This document shows positions 27,210 through 35,571 of a stretch of DNA of 64,000 nt, in pieces. The DNA is taken from positions 18,917 to 82,916 of the forward strand of contig MFQZ01000010.1 in the NCBI GenBank assembly GCA_001784435.1, in the 5' to 3' direction. Position 1 is the first letter of the stretch. Each line of letters begins with the position of its first letter. The translations under genes were made by a program, and so were the position numbers. Below the pieces are notes generated by a model. The model saw only the letters and a program-made list of their open reading frames with translations. It made no database searches and was not told where the DNA came from. The DNA comes from Candidatus Magasanikbacteria bacterium RIFOXYC2_FULL_42_28. Lineage in GTDB: Bacteria > Patescibacteriota > Patescibacteriia > Magasanikbacterales > GWA2-37-8.

Positions 27210-28352
27210 ATGATAGTACGTCACAGTGAGACCCGCACGCATTTTGAACCTTCGGTAAAATTTTATCGCACGATTGCTTTGTCGTTTTTATTTATTACGA
27301 TTGTTTTGCTTGGACTTATCATTTTTATTACTTCCAAAAAAGCGTCCATTGTTATTCTGGCTAAAGAAGACGCTAAAACAGCTAATTTGAGTATTAATGT
27401 TGGCGCGGGTGGCACTGTTGGCGCGATTAAAGGCGTGGTAACCACTTCGATTTTTACCGGAAGCGAAAAATTTTATCCGACGACATTTGATTCTTCTGAA
27501 TCAGTCGCGACCGGAGAGGTGATTATTTACAACAAAAGTAATGTCGACCAGGCGCTTGTCAAAACCACTCGATTTTTAACGCCGGAGCAAGTAATGTTTC
27601 GTTTAAGTGAGCGGGTTAATGTTCCAGCCGGCGGGCAGGTAATTGCCCCGGTGTATGCCGACCGGGCGGGCGCGAGCAGTGAAATTGGACCAGCGCCGTT
27701 TATTATCCCCGGGTTATCGGAAGACAGGCAGAAATTTATTTACGCCGAAAGCAAATCGGCTATGACCGGTGGCGTAAAAAAGAACGGAGTGTTGACGGCA
27801 ACTGATTTAGCCACGGCCGAAAAATCGTATCAAGAAAAAGTTAAACAAAAGTTTGTGAGCCAGGCGGTGGCGCCGGCCGAAGGGATGAGTTTGGTAGTGG
27901 TTGTACTTTCTACCAACGCTACTGCCGACCACAAAGTTGGTGATACTATCGCCGAATTTGTTTTAAGCGGTGAAAGTCGCGTGGTGGCGGTATGGTATGA
28001 AACAAGCGCGCTCAAAGAAATGGTGGCGCGTGAAATTGGGAGTCAGGTGGATTTGGAATTGGAAAAAGTTGTGACGGTTTCGGGCGAGCCCCAAATAACA
28101 TTGTCCGCCCAAGATGTTGACGCCGGCACCGCGCAATTGTCCGTATCGCAAGAAGCGCGCGTTACGCTTGATTCGGACGGTTCCAAAGTCGCGCCTCGTC
28201 AATTTTTAGATAAAACCAAAGAAGAAATTGAGCGGTATTTGTTGGGCTTAGGCCATGTTTCGGCCGTGGATGTTAAATTTTCCCCCAGTTGGATGCGTAA
28301 ATCGCCGAGTGTGCCGGATAATATTAAGGTGGTGGTGAAGCAGGTGAAGTGA
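27210..28352 (+). CDS. membrane-anchored protein of unknown function, adjacent to pilB
   Basis: Single N-terminal TM IALSFLFITIVLLGLIIFITS, then a roughly 330-aa extracytoplasmic region with no recognised motif. Confidence 0.5.
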   Translation: MIVRHSETRTHFEPSVKFYRTIALSFLFITIVLLGLIIFITSKKASIVILAKEDAKTANLSINVGAGGTVGAIKGVVTTSIFTGSEKFYPTTFDSSESVATGEVIIYNKSNVDQALVKTTRFLTPEQVMFRLSERVNVPAGGQVIAPVYADRAGASSEIGPAPFIIPGLSEDRQKFIYAESKSAMTGGVKKNGVLTATDLATAEKSYQEKVKQKFVSQAVAPAEGMSLVVVVLSTNATADHKVGDTIAEFVLSGESRVVAVWYETSALKEMVAREIGSQVDLELEKVVTVSGEPQITLSAQDVDAGTAQLSVSQEARVTLDSDGSKVAPRQFLDKTKEEIERYLLGLGHVSAVDVKFSPSWMRKSPSVPDNIKVVVKQVK

Positions 28353-28432
28353 TAGTTCATAGCCAATAGGGTGGGCGAGCGATTCGTTGTCTCCCCCTGC
28401 CCGAGGGGGAGAATAAGAGGGGGTGGGAGCGG
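28353..28432. repeat. composite repeat: GTTCATAGCCAATAG unit plus GC-rich hairpin family H2 (CTCCCCCTGCCCGAGGGGGAG-AATAAGAGGGGGTGGGAGCGG)
   Basis: The H2 unit recurs in-frame in gatB at 5527-5572. Confidence 0.7.
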
Positions 28433-28443
28433 TCGTTCGTCAT

Positions 28444-28471
28444 TGACAAAAAAGCATAGGCGTTTTATAAT
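28444..28471 (+). promoter_or_regulatory. near-consensus sigma-70-type promoter TTGACA-16-TATAAT driving the ncRNA candidate
   Basis: ttgacaaaaaagcataggcgttttataat. Confidence 0.6.
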
Positions 28472-28478
28472 GTATTTA

Positions 28479-28663
28479 TGGTGATTGGAACGGCTACCAA
28501 CCGTTACCCCGTAAGGGATCTCGACTAAGTCGTGGCTAAGCCAAATAAAAGTTAAACATTCGGGTGGAACCGTCAATTGTCATTGCGAGAAGGCCGTAGG
28601 CCGACGAAGCAATCTTTCAAACCATTGACCCCGATACCTATTTTTAGGTATGGGGGTATTTTT
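28479..28663 (+). ncRNA. small structured RNA candidate, about 185 nt, bounded by promoter and intrinsic terminator; possible SRP (4.5S)-like domain IV, but the identity is uncertain
   Basis: Contains GAGAAGGCCGUAGGCCGACGAAGCAAUC (compare the SRP helix-8 AGG...GGAAGCAG pattern) and ends with the CCCCGAUACCUA-loop-UAGGUAUGGGGG hairpin plus U7. No ORF. Confidence 0.4.
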
Positions 28664-28740
28664 TTAGAAAAAAGTATATATTCAAGTATATACGGGAATA
28701 TATATTTAAATATATACTTAAATAATGATAGGCGAAATTT

Positions 28741-29286
28741 ATGAAAAAAACTCCGATTTTAAAAGGTCCACGGATAATTTTACGCCCGCTAAAATTAAGC
28801 GAAGCCACTTACTATGTAAAATGGTTTCGTGACAAAGAAGTTGTCCAATATTTAGGCAATAAATTACTGAATATCAAAGCCAAAGGCGTGCGCGACTATT
28901 TTATAAAAGAAAATAACAAACCGGACGCGATATTGTGGGCGATAGAGGTGGTGGGTGTTGGGCATATTGGCAATGTTCATTTGGATTTGGATAACAATAA
29001 CAAACGGGCAAGTTTGGGGATAGTAATCGGCGACAAAAATTATTGGGGCGAGGGTTACGGAGCGGAGTGTTTGGAAATTTTAGGCGATTATGTTTTTAAA
29101 AAATTAAAATATAATCGATTACAACTGACGGTTTTTACCGCCAATAGGCGTGCCGTTCGCGCTTATAAAAAAGTCGGGTTTAAAATTGAAGGCACTTTGC
29201 GAAAAAATATTTATGCCTATGTGTTTAAAAAATATTGTGATGAATATGTGATGGCGATTTTAAAAGACGAGTGGTTTAAAAAATAA
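28741..29286 (+). CDS. GNAT family N-acetyltransferase (RimJ/RimL-like)
   Basis: GNVHLDLDNNNKRASLGIVIGDKNYWGEGYGAECLEIL...RRAVRAYKKVGFKIEG acetyl-CoA-binding motifs. Confidence 0.8.
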   Translation: MKKTPILKGPRIILRPLKLSEATYYVKWFRDKEVVQYLGNKLLNIKAKGVRDYFIKENNKPDAILWAIEVVGVGHIGNVHLDLDNNNKRASLGIVIGDKNYWGEGYGAECLEILGDYVFKKLKYNRLQLTVFTANRRAVRAYKKVGFKIEGTLRKNIYAYVFKKYCDEYVMAILKDEWFKK

Positions 29287-29308
29287 AAATTAATTTATTA
29301 ACCGACCG

Positions 29309-29341
29309 GATGGAGATTCCTCACATTCGTTCGGAATGACA
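29309..29341. repeat. GC-rich hairpin repeat (family H1), intergenic copy upstream of thrS
   Basis: ggatggagattcctcacattcgttcggaatgaca. Identical core at 60551-60586 inside folC. Confidence 0.7.
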
Positions 29342-29350
29342 TAAAAAAAT

Positions 29351-31096
29351 ATGGACAAAGAACAACTCGAACACCTGCGCCACTCCTGCGCGCACCTACT
29401 CGCCGCGGCGGTTTTGGAATTGTATCCAAACGCTAAACGCACCATTGGTCCGGCGATTGAAAACGGTTTTTATTATGATTTTGATTTCGGGGTGGAGAAA
29501 ATTTCGGAAACAGATTTGAAAAAAATAGAAGAAAAAATGCGCCAAATTGCTCCCACTTGGGAAAAATTTGAACGTCAAGAAGTTAGCGCTAGCGGAGCGA
29601 AAGCTGTTTTTAAAGACAATGAATATAAAATAGAATTAATCGAAGAATTTAGCGTTGACGGGCAAGCGCTTACTTTGTATAAATCCGGCGCTTATGTGGA
29701 TTTGTGCCGCGGTGGGCATAGCGAGAACCCGAGCAAAGAATTAAAACATTTTAAATTATTGTCGGTGGCGGGCGCGTATTGGCGCGGGAGTGAAAAAAAT
29801 AAAATGTTGACGCGTATTTACGGCACTTGTTTTCCGACTAAAAATGAATTGTATGAGCACTTACATCAATTGGAAGAAGCCAAAAAGCGCGATCATCGTA
29901 AAATCGGCGCCGAGCAGGAATTATTTTGTTTTGATGATCGCGTGGGTAAGGGCCAAGTTTTGTGGTTGCCAAACGGCACGATAATTCGTAATGAAGTGGA
30001 AAAATTAACTATAGAAAAAGAATCTGAAGGCGACTATCTGCGCGTGCGTACGCCGCACCTCGCCAAAGAAGAATTATTTTTGACTTCCGGGCATTTGCCG
30101 TATTACAAAGACAGCATGTATCCGCCCATGGTAATGGACGATGGCAACTACTATCTGAAAGCGATGAATTGCCCGCATCACCACACCATTTATAATTTTA
30201 AACCGCACAGTTATCGCGAGTTGCCGCTCCGTTTGGTAGAATATGGTGAATGTTTTCGCAATGAATTGTCCGGCACTTTGGCTGGGTTACTCCGCGTGCG
30301 TGCGATGGCGATGAATGACGCGCATATTTATTGCCGTAAAGAGCAAATTAAAGACGAATTTAAAAGCGTGATGGAACTGGTGATGGAATATTTCCGAATT
30401 TTCAAATTGGAAAATTATTGGTTTCGTCTTTCCAAATGGAGTCCGGATCATTTGGATAAATATATCAACGAACCGGAAAATTGGCAATTTAGCGAGGGGG
30501 TGATTCGGGAGGTGTTACAAGAAATGAAAGTAAAATTTGTGGAAGCCGCGGACGAGGCGGCGTTTTACGGACCGAAGGTAGACGTGATGTTTAAGTCGGT
30601 TATCGGACGCGAAGAAACCATGTCCACTATTCAATTGGATTTCGCGGCGAAAAAGCGTTTTGATTTAAAATACACCGATTCTGATGGCAAAGAAAATAAC
30701 GAGGTGTTTGTGATTCACCGTGCGCCACTGTCAACCCACGAACGGTTTATGGCGTTTTTAATTGAGCATTTTGCCGGTGTTTGGCCGGTCTGGCTCTCAC
30801 CCGTGCAAGTACTCTTCGCGCCGGTGGCGAGCGCGCACGTGGAAGGCGCGAAAAAATTAGCCGGTGAATTTAAAGTTGCCGGCATTCGCGTAGAGACCGA
30901 TGACGCGGACGAAACTGTTGGCAACAAAGTGCGCAAAGCCGTTGGCCGGAAAATTCCGTATATTGTCGTAGTGGGGGATAAGGAACTCGCGGGTGGCGAA
31001 TTAATGGTGCGCGTGCGCGGAGAAGAAAAACCGGCGAAATTTGTGAAAGAAGAATTTTTGGCAAAGGTGGTGGGGGAGATTAAAGCGCGGACGTAA
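29351..31096 (+). CDS. thrS: threonyl-tRNA synthetase (no N-terminal TGS domain; editing-type N2 domain present)
   Basis: HSCAHLLAAAV editing-domain motif, class II core, and HRAPLSTHERFMAFLIEHFAGVWPVWLSP. Confidence 0.9.
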   Translation: MDKEQLEHLRHSCAHLLAAAVLELYPNAKRTIGPAIENGFYYDFDFGVEKISETDLKKIEEKMRQIAPTWEKFERQEVSASGAKAVFKDNEYKIELIEEFSVDGQALTLYKSGAYVDLCRGGHSENPSKELKHFKLLSVAGAYWRGSEKNKMLTRIYGTCFPTKNELYEHLHQLEEAKKRDHRKIGAEQELFCFDDRVGKGQVLWLPNGTIIRNEVEKLTIEKESEGDYLRVRTPHLAKEELFLTSGHLPYYKDSMYPPMVMDDGNYYLKAMNCPHHHTIYNFKPHSYRELPLRLVEYGECFRNELSGTLAGLLRVRAMAMNDAHIYCRKEQIKDEFKSVMELVMEYFRIFKLENYWFRLSKWSPDHLDKYINEPENWQFSEGVIREVLQEMKVKFVEAADEAAFYGPKVDVMFKSVIGREETMSTIQLDFAAKKRFDLKYTDSDGKENNEVFVIHRAPLSTHERFMAFLIEHFAGVWPVWLSPVQVLFAPVASAHVEGAKKLAGEFKVAGIRVETDDADETVGNKVRKAVGRKIPYIVVVGDKELAGGELMVRVRGEEKPAKFVKEEFLAKVVGEIKART

Positions 31097-31107
31097 AATT
31101 AATAAAA

Positions 31108-31143
31108 TAAAAAAACACCGAAGCGATTTGCTTCGGTGCTTTA
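31108..31143. terminator. bidirectional intrinsic terminator between thrS and the GC-rich island
   Basis: aaaaaaacaccgaagcgatttgcttcggtgcttt. Confidence 0.7.
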
Positions 31144-31241
31144 GTTTAAAATACTAAAGGGATGGGCGGCATGGTGAGCGAGAACCTGCCGTCCCATCCG
31201 CAGGCGCGCGGGGGGGGGGTGGGTATCTCGGGAACGGGGGG

Positions 31242-31579
31242 CTATCGGCGGTAGCGCACGGAGACGCGCCGCCCCTTCCACTGTGTGGGGTGGGCGCCGC
31301 GCCTGCTTTCAGCAAGGCACTGCACCTGCCCCCAGCCAGCGCAGTTCTTCAGGAACAGGGCTTCGTTGCCGAAGCCAATGATGAGCTCCTTGGCAGTAGG
31401 CACCTGGCCCTCCCACTTGTCCAGGAAGATCGAGTGGCCGCCGCTGGCGACGACCACGGCGCTGACGACCTCTACCTCCACGCCCCCCCACACTTTTCTT
31501 TGGCGAACTTCTCGCCCCCGTTACAGGCTGAGAGGATGGCGATGGTCAGGGCGATGATGGGGCTGTTGTTGTTGTTCAT
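31242..31579 (-). pseudogene. GC-rich lipoprotein gene interrupted by a frameshift in a G7 homopolymer (phase-variation candidate or disrupted foreign gene)
   Basis: ATG at 31577-31579 is preceded by GGAGA. MNNNNSPIIALTIAILSAC has a signal peptide and LSAC lipobox. The frame is then lost at GGGGGGG (31483-31489). With one extra G it continues as VEVEVVSAVVVASGGHSIFLDKWEGQVPTAKELIIGFGNEALFLKNCAGWGQVQCLAE... to the stop at 31242. Codon third positions are strongly GC-biased, unlike the host genes. Confidence 0.55.
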
Positions 31580-31702
31580 GTTGGCATATCTCCAAAATGG
31601 CCCACGCAGGGCCGTGTGTCAGCCGGATTCAGGGTCGGCTTATCCCCAGGGTGGTCATGCCACCTCTCTTTAGTATTTTAATGTTATTTTAAATGAGCTT
31701 TA

Positions 31703-31738
31703 GAAATTAATCTTTTTGTCTATCTTAGGCAAAAAGAT
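31703..31738. repeat. perfect 12-bp inverted repeat TTAATCTTTTTG-N11-CAAAAAGATTAA at the AT-rich edge of the GC island
   Basis: ttaatctttttgtctatcttaggcaaaaagattaa. Confidence 0.6.
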
Positions 31739-31791
31739 TAATAATCTTAGCACATTTTTGGCGTTTTGTCAAGACCACGCCGCTCGCGCTT

Positions 31792-32556
31792 TCATTTTTT
31801 TAATCTTGCCATGATTGATTTTAAAAATTTATCCGGATGGATTTCTATTTCTTTTATTGCGCTTCTTTCTTTGTATCCGATAATTTTGTCATTTTCGTCA
31901 ACTATTATTGTTTTTGGTTTTGATCCTGGCAAAATAATTTCTTTATCTTTGCCAATAAATTTAATTTCTTCATTTTTAATTACGAGTGCTTGTTCGTCGG
32001 TTAATAATCTGACGAGTAGCGGTTGTTGTTTGGCTTTTTCTTTTATCGCATCCAACATGTCGGGAGTGTAATGTGCCTTGATCAAAAATGGCACCCAGTT
32101 CATGGCGGTAAAATTAGTAATGCCGTACCTGTCTTTGCCTTTTTCAATCCAGGTGGACATAATAATTGACGGGCAAGCGATATACGATCCGGCACTCACG
32201 CCAATGTAAATCACGCCTTGGGCGATCAAATCTTTTGCAACTTCGGCAAAGCCACTTTTACGCACGCATTTTAACAAATAGAAAGTATTGCCGCCGCCCA
32301 TAAAAATAATATCATACCCGGTCAATATTTTTTTCAATTGAGTTTTTGTTTTTCCGGCGATATCAATTTCAGCATAATTCCAACCCAGCTCGTTGAAGCG
32401 GGCGCGATGACGTATTAAATAATTACCCGATGTGGATTTTTGTCCGGCGGTAATAATAAAAGCGATTTTGCAATCCTTTAATTTTTTGGGCAAATATTTA
32501 TCAATGTTTTTGCTGGTGATAAATTGGGTGCTGCTGGCGAGGATAAGGGTAGACAT
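31792..32556 (-). CDS. peptidase S51 family protein (dipeptidase E / cyanophycinase-like)
   Basis: IIFMGGGNTFYLL ... GVIYIGVSAGSYIAC is the catalytic Ser-nucleophile elbow of S51 peptidases. Confidence 0.7.
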   Translation of the reverse strand: MSTLILASSTQFITSKNIDKYLPKKLKDCKIAFIITAGQKSTSGNYLIRHRARFNELGWNYAEIDIAGKTKTQLKKILTGYDIIFMGGGNTFYLLKCVRKSGFAEVAKDLIAQGVIYIGVSAGSYIACPSIIMSTWIEKGKDRYGITNFTAMNWVPFLIKAHYTPDMLDAIKEKAKQQPLLVRLLTDEQALVIKNEEIKFIGKDKEIILPGSKPKTIIVDENDKIIGYKERSAIKEIEIHPDKFLKSIMARLKK

Positions 32557-32561
32557 AAAAA

Positions 32562-32939
32562 TTAAAAATAACTCAACCCATCGCGACTTTCGCGTTTAGT
32601 CATTTCGGCTTGATACGCCGGGTCGTAAATTTGGATAATTTTAAATTTTCCGGAAGTGGTAGCGGTGTTATCGGCGTTGCACTTAATTGTTTGTTCCACG
32701 ATGAAAACATGGCCCCAGTATAACCATTTGCCGCCGATATCCTGTACCAAAAAACAGCGCGTCGTCGGCCGGTGGTAAATTCTGGCGTCGGGCTTATCCT
32801 TAAATTCAAAAATTTTATCAGCCACTGTCGCTAATTGAATCGGCTTGGTGCGATGTTTTTCTAAATTCAAAATTTCGGCCGGAAAACCTTGTTCGGCAGT
32901 GATGCGTAGTGCATCGTTTATTTCTAGATAAGATCCCAT
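32562..32939 (-). CDS. hypothetical protein
   Basis: 125 aa, no recognised motif. Co-directional with the cupin genes. Confidence 0.4.
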   Translation of the reverse strand: MGSYLEINDALRITAEQGFPAEILNLEKHRTKPIQLATVADKIFEFKDKPDARIYHRPTTRCFLVQDIGGKWLYWGHVFIVEQTIKCNADNTATTSGKFKIIQIYDPAYQAEMTKRESRDGLSYF

Positions 32940-32944
32940 AGTTT

Positions 32945-33469
32945 TTATCTTAGTGTTTTTAAAGATTTCAGTTTTTTGCCTTTTCCGGAAGCGATTTCTT
33001 GTCGGCTTTGATTAAGTTCGTCTACGATATTTCTTTCTTGTGCGCGTAAATTTTCCGTCTCATCCGGCCGTTTATAATCATCTTCCAATCGATAAGTAGT
33101 CCCAATTTCCGGCGTAGATACCTCAAATATATCACAATCGGTAATCGCTTGGTAGCGGTGTCTTTGGCCAATTTTAACAGTGTAGCCGTTGTTTGGCATC
33201 ATTTCAATCGTTTCCATTTCACCGCGCGTGTTTTCAATAATTAAATTACACCGGCCACTCACGATAAAACCAGTTTCTTCTTTTTTGTCGTGAATTTGTA
33301 AACTCAAACGTTTGCCAGCATTGATGTGTAAAATTTTTCCAACATAAGGAAGATTTGCTTGAGTAAAAATGAGTTCATATCCCCACGGTTTCTCAACTTT
33401 TAAAATATAAGGGGTATTAACAAATTTGCTTTTATCAAATTGATTTAGGTCAATCATATATTTATTCAA
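32945..33469 (-). CDS. cupin-domain protein (mannose-6-phosphate isomerase type II C-terminal-like)
   Basis: VGKILHINAGKRLSLQIHDKKEETGFIVSGRCNLII ... HRYQA. Two-His and Glu cupin motifs. Confidence 0.55.
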   Translation of the reverse strand: MNKYMIDLNQFDKSKFVNTPYILKVEKPWGYELIFTQANLPYVGKILHINAGKRLSLQIHDKKEETGFIVSGRCNLIIENTRGEMETIEMMPNNGYTVKIGQRHRYQAITDCDIFEVSTPEIGTTYRLEDDYKRPDETENLRAQERNIVDELNQSRQEIASGKGKKLKSLKTLR

Positions 33470-34073
33470 TTACCGGTAATCCAGCCAAATCTTCGGAAAT
33501 AATTTTTTTATAGCGTGGATTTTTTTTCAAGGTTGGCGTGTTGTCGTGTTCCACTACATAATAGGCAAACCCTTGCATCTTTTTAACCATTTCATAATCA
33601 GCGTGCCCGGGCATAGAGGCCTCGTCTTTTTTATCGCTAAAATTTACCGGACTGTCGTCGGCGGTAACAAAATAGGTGGCGCCAACATTGGCCACTAAAT
33701 GTCCATAACTGGAAGGAATGAATAATTTTTCGCCCGGCTTGGCCAGCACGGCTTTAAATTCGGCTACTTCGTCGGGGATCATTTTGCCGTCGGCGCCAAC
33801 AACTAACTTTTGCAGGAGGGCGATACCAGAGCCAAAAATAAACCAATAGGTTTCATTTAAATTGCCAATGTGATAGTGCCCATAAGTTTTAATATATTCA
33901 CCAGAAATAGTTCCCGGTTCCCAGACAGTAATATTGCGCTGGTCGCTTCCACCCCGAATCATATAATAATGAATCGCTGGTCCCGCGCCGTTCGGGTCCA
34001 TTAAAACTTCCTGCATTTTTTCGTGAGTGCGCGCGGCGTAGTGTTTTGGTACTTCGGAGAAATTTGTGTTCAT
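33462..34073 (-). CDS. cupin-type glucose-6-phosphate isomerase candidate (archaeal cPGI family)
   Basis: TISGEYIKTYGHYHIGNLNETYWF fits the cPGI signature TxxPxxxGxExxxTxGHxHx(6-11)ExY. About 200 aa, as in the archaeal enzymes. Confidence 0.5.
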   Translation of the reverse strand: MNTNFSEVPKHYAARTHEKMQEVLMDPNGAGPAIHYYMIRGGSDQRNITVWEPGTISGEYIKTYGHYHIGNLNETYWFIFGSGIALLQKLVVGADGKMIPDEVAEFKAVLAKPGEKLFIPSSYGHLVANVGATYFVTADDSPVNFSDKKDEASMPGHADYEMVKKMQGFAYYVVEHDNTPTLKKNPRYKKIISEDLAGLPVIE

Positions 34074-34163
34074 AATATTAAAAATTTATTTAATTCCACT
34101 TAACGGCGTATATGATGTTTGTCTTGATACGACAGAACATCGGCACATCATTGCCAGATTTTC

Positions 34164-34637
34164 TTATTTTAGTAGATATATATTCTTATCGCCATATTTA
34201 AATTGGGTGTGATTATTTTTGATGTAATTTTTAGCTACATAGGGTAGACCAAAAGCCAATGTAATCCATATTGCCAAAAATAATAGGATAAGTGCGGCTT
34301 CGTTCCTACCACCCCTTAGTCCCATTTCCTCTTTCATTTTTTCATAATTTTGGAGTTGTGTTTTTGCTAATTTTTCTGCGATTATTACAGCTATGATTGT
34401 TTCAACAAGAATAATCAAAATACTATAATAACTAAAAATTGTAGCTGCTACTAAAAATATTAAAACAAAAATAATAGTTCCGACAAGCACTTTTTTCCCT
34501 TGTGCGGTTTCGCCAAGCAGCTTGCAGTTTCGATAGTAAAGTATTGCTGGTAATATGGGGCCTAAAAAAAATGCTATGAAAGTCCAGTTTTTTGGGTTAT
34601 AAAGAATCTCTTTTTGGTTTAGTTTTTCTTCGTTCAT
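34164..34637 (-). CDS. small membrane protein, unknown function
   Basis: 157 aa, four hydrophobic helices. Flanked by very AT-rich spacers. Confidence 0.45.
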   Translation of the reverse strand: MNEEKLNQKEILYNPKNWTFIAFFLGPILPAILYYRNCKLLGETAQGKKVLVGTIIFVLIFLVAATIFSYYSILIILVETIIAVIIAEKLAKTQLQNYEKMKEEMGLRGGRNEAALILLFLAIWITLAFGLPYVAKNYIKNNHTQFKYGDKNIYLLK

Positions 34638-34871
34638 ATTGTTTAAATTAAATTATTGTAATGATAATAAATTTGTGAATTTTAGATAAATTATGTATGT
34701 TCAAATTTTTTGAGAAATTTAGAATTCGCAGCATGGTTGTGGGTCAAGACTTATCTTGTATATTATTATACTATACATATATAACCATAAGCAATAGTAA
34801 GAACAGATATAATAATTTGACATATTTTCATAAAAACTGTATAAATACATATATAAAATATTCAAAATAAT

Positions 34872-35342
34872 ATGAACAACACCCAATTAGACCGCGTTTT
34901 ACGAATTTTAGCCAGAACTGGTGACCGCTGTTTGGTTTTTGACCGAGAAAATGATCAGGGAGTGATGGTGATGGCCTTGGACGAATATGAGAAATTTTTA
35001 AATGGCGGGACGGGCGTTTCGGAATTATCCGAGGGCGATATGTTAGAGAAGATTAATCGCGATATCGCGGTTTGGCGTGAAAATCATGAGTCCGAAAGTG
35101 GTAAAAGCGATGTTTTTGACTGGGATTTTGAAAAGAAAGAAGAACCAAAAATGGAATTTTCAGAGCCCGAAGAAGAGGAGGAAGACGGCTTTGCCGAAAG
35201 TGCGTTTGAAAACGAAAAACCGCTTGATTTAGCGGAAAAAGTGGATGAAATTGAAGTGGAAAAAGTAGATAACGAGGTGGATTTATCCGGTGTGCCAAGC
35301 GACGGCGAAGAAGAGAAATTCTACTTGGAACCGGTTGAATAG
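34872..35342 (+). CDS. acidic hypothetical protein (Glu/Asp-rich C-terminal half)
   Basis: 156 aa. The C-terminus is rich in E and D. No recognised motif. Confidence 0.4.
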   Translation: MNNTQLDRVLRILARTGDRCLVFDRENDQGVMVMALDEYEKFLNGGTGVSELSEGDMLEKINRDIAVWRENHESESGKSDVFDWDFEKKEEPKMEFSEPEEEEEDGFAESAFENEKPLDLAEKVDEIEVEKVDNEVDLSGVPSDGEEEKFYLEPVE

Positions 35343-35571
35343 GGAAATATCCACAGTTTTTCAACTTTACCCCCTTGCCAAAACAAAATAAATAGTGTAT
35401 AATATTATCGCTAATTACTTTATAAGCAGTTAGCGATTTGTTTGTCAATTTTTTCAGCCCCCTAAGGGCTGATCCGCCTCTGGCGGATAAGTTATTTAAA
35501 TAATATTAAAAGCGGCTGGATATAAATCTGACCCGACCACTCGGGGCAGTGCCGTAGGTAATCATAAGCAT

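Noticed and set aside
28479-28663. Confident assignment of the small RNA as SRP/4.5S RNA
   Set aside because: The GAAGCA-containing helix resembles SRP domain IV, but the same stem architecture is shared with the dispersed hairpin repeats, so only a generic ncRNA call is justified without a covariance-model search.
31285-31673. Plus-strand ORFs of 90 and 127 aa (and a 60-aa minus-strand ORF) inside the GC-rich island
   Set aside because: High-GC DNA is naturally poor in stop codons. These ORFs are antisense to, or out of frame with, the minus-strand gene that has an RBS, a signal peptide, a lipobox and GC3-biased codons. No independent start signals.
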